A stretch of DNA of 37,367 nucleotides from positions 1 through 37,367 of IMG/VR virus record IMGVR_UViG_3300013749_000001. The stretch is one strand, 5' to 3'. Numbering within the stretch: the first letter of the stretch is position 1; each line of letters opens with the position of its first letter. The DNA comes from a virus. The position numbers were made by a program, and so were the translations under genes. Below the pieces are notes generated by a model. It saw only the letters and a program-made list of their open reading frames with translations. It was not told the DNA's origin and did not search any database. Below are positions 36,343-37,367 of the stretch, piece by piece.

Positions 36343-37210
36343 TTCTCAACTCCTCCGCTAATGCGTCAATCGAATTTGGATCGGCTAAATATGCCCTTGC
36401 TTCATCAGGGTTTAGCCTCTCCATCCGCTTTTCCGCTTCGATTTCGTCCACGCCTCTTGCTACTAGCTCGTTTTGCAAGGCGTCAAGCGGCAGCGCCTCC
36501 TCGTTTACGTCTATCTCTAGCGGCGCGGCTTCGATGATCTCCTCCGCGGGCTCTGCCTTTTTCTGCGTGGCTTTGGCTAGAAATTCATTTAAGCTTTGCG
36601 GCTGCTTTGCAATCTTGATTTGCCCCTCTTTGATCGGCTCATTATCCCCCTCGTTTTCGTCAATAGAATAGAGCCCCGAAATATCAAAAGCCTTGCGTAA
36701 GGCTTGGCTTTCGGCTACCTTTTTTAACATCGTTTCGGGCTTTTCCGCCCAAAATTTAGTTATTCTTCCGTCGTTTGTCCTCTGGACATATTCGTCATAT
36801 CTAACCTCTGCTTCAAAAGGGGTCTCGTGTCCTTTCTTATAGACCTGCGCGATAGCTACTAGCTCTTTTTTATTCTCCCACTCCCCATTTATGAAAACGG
36901 GCTTGTCTTTTAAAAAGCAGTCGCTCTTAATGCCGGCAAACTTGCCGCTTCTGTGCGCTAAGGTTAAAAAGCTATCACGCCCCGCGAGCGGTTCGATTTT
37001 AGAGTGCCATTCCCCATTTATTTTGGCTTTTCGCTCGACGAAAAATATCTGTTTCAAAATCGGGTTCAAATTAAAACTTTTGGCTACCGCTATGCAGTAT
37101 TGCATATCGCTATCCGTCGCATTCGGCGGGAAAAATTGTTTTCTTATAATCCTTTTATTCTCGTCGCTTAGCCACTCTTGTGGAGTGTTTTGTGTTGTTA
37201 CTTGGTTCAT
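36335..37210 (-). CDS. recT: RecT/Bet-family single-strand annealing recombinase
   Basis: 291 aa between SSB and the YqaJ-like exonuclease. The start codon lies in the terminal repeat, which also occurs at position 110. Confidence 0.7.
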   Translation of the reverse strand: MNQVTTQNTPQEWLSDENKRIIRKQFFPPNATDSDMQYCIAVAKSFNLNPILKQIFFVERKAKINGEWHSKIEPLAGRDSFLTLAHRSGKFAGIKSDCFLKDKPVFINGEWENKKELVAIAQVYKKGHETPFEAEVRYDEYVQRTNDGRITKFWAEKPETMLKKVAESQALRKAFDISGLYSIDENEGDNEPIKEGQIKIAKQPQSLNEFLAKATQKKAEPAEEIIEAAPLEIDVNEEALPLDALQNELVARGVDEIEAEKRMERLNPDEARAYLADPNSIDALAEELRSE

Positions 37211-37367
37211 TTCTTATCCTTACGCTATACTTTCATAAAATTTCCACGCAGGCAGGCTTAGCGTCTGCACCGCCTCTATCTCTTTGCTCTCGGGTTCAAA
37301 CTTGGCATATCCCCACCATTGCCCGCGCTCTAGGCACAGCTTATAGCGCTCAAGCAGGGCTAGATAT

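Overview
The window is a complete, circularly closed temperate phage (or excised prophage / phage-plasmid) genome of about 37.1 kb. Bases 1..267 are identical to 37101..37367, so the two ends overlap and genes wrap around the junction. The exonuclease/RecT boundary lies inside the overlap. Codon usage, AAGGAG-type RBSs and AT-rich intergenic regions look Campylobacter-like (GC-richer Campylobacter such as the rectus/showae/curvus group). This host call is an inference and was not checked by any search. The modules are as follows. (i) A minus-strand early/recombination block that wraps the junction: Xis(AlpA-like), small lipoprotein and membrane proteins, YopX, two orphan DNA methyltransferases, SSB, RecT, YqaJ-type exonuclease and a DUF1351-like protein. 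(ii) A minus-strand lysogeny block: a LexA-like CI repressor (HTH + S24 peptidase), a P63C-like protein, then a separately promoted operon of a DprA-like protein, a ComF-like PRTase and a secreted staphylococcal-nuclease homolog. (iii) A divergent Cro-side early operon with an antirepressor (Bro-N/KilA-C), an O-like replication initiator carrying intragenic iterons, and a VRR-NUC nuclease. (iv) Packaging and structural genes on the plus strand: TerS, TerL, portal, scaffold, two large helical virion proteins (466 and 1120 aa), a putative major capsid protein and a tail fibre with a repeated motif. (v) A lysis cassette: spanin-like pair, holin-like protein, an H...GC protein and a GH24 lysozyme. 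(vi) Two late-strand genes of unknown function, including a 530-aa membrane/low-complexity protein. (vii) An attP-like AT-rich region with TGTATAAC arm-type repeats and a tyrosine integrase. No tRNA, rRNA, CRISPR array or transposase was recognised. The most unusual content is the prophage-borne DprA-like + ComFC-like PRTase + secreted nuclease operon, which may be a competence-targeting module. Also unusual is a recurring GCGATATAAT(C) promoter-like element that forms a 23-bp inverted repeat around a 133-aa orphan gene. Operator-like dyads with the same 11-bp half-site are shared between the cI/cro region and a divergently oriented membrane-protein moron.
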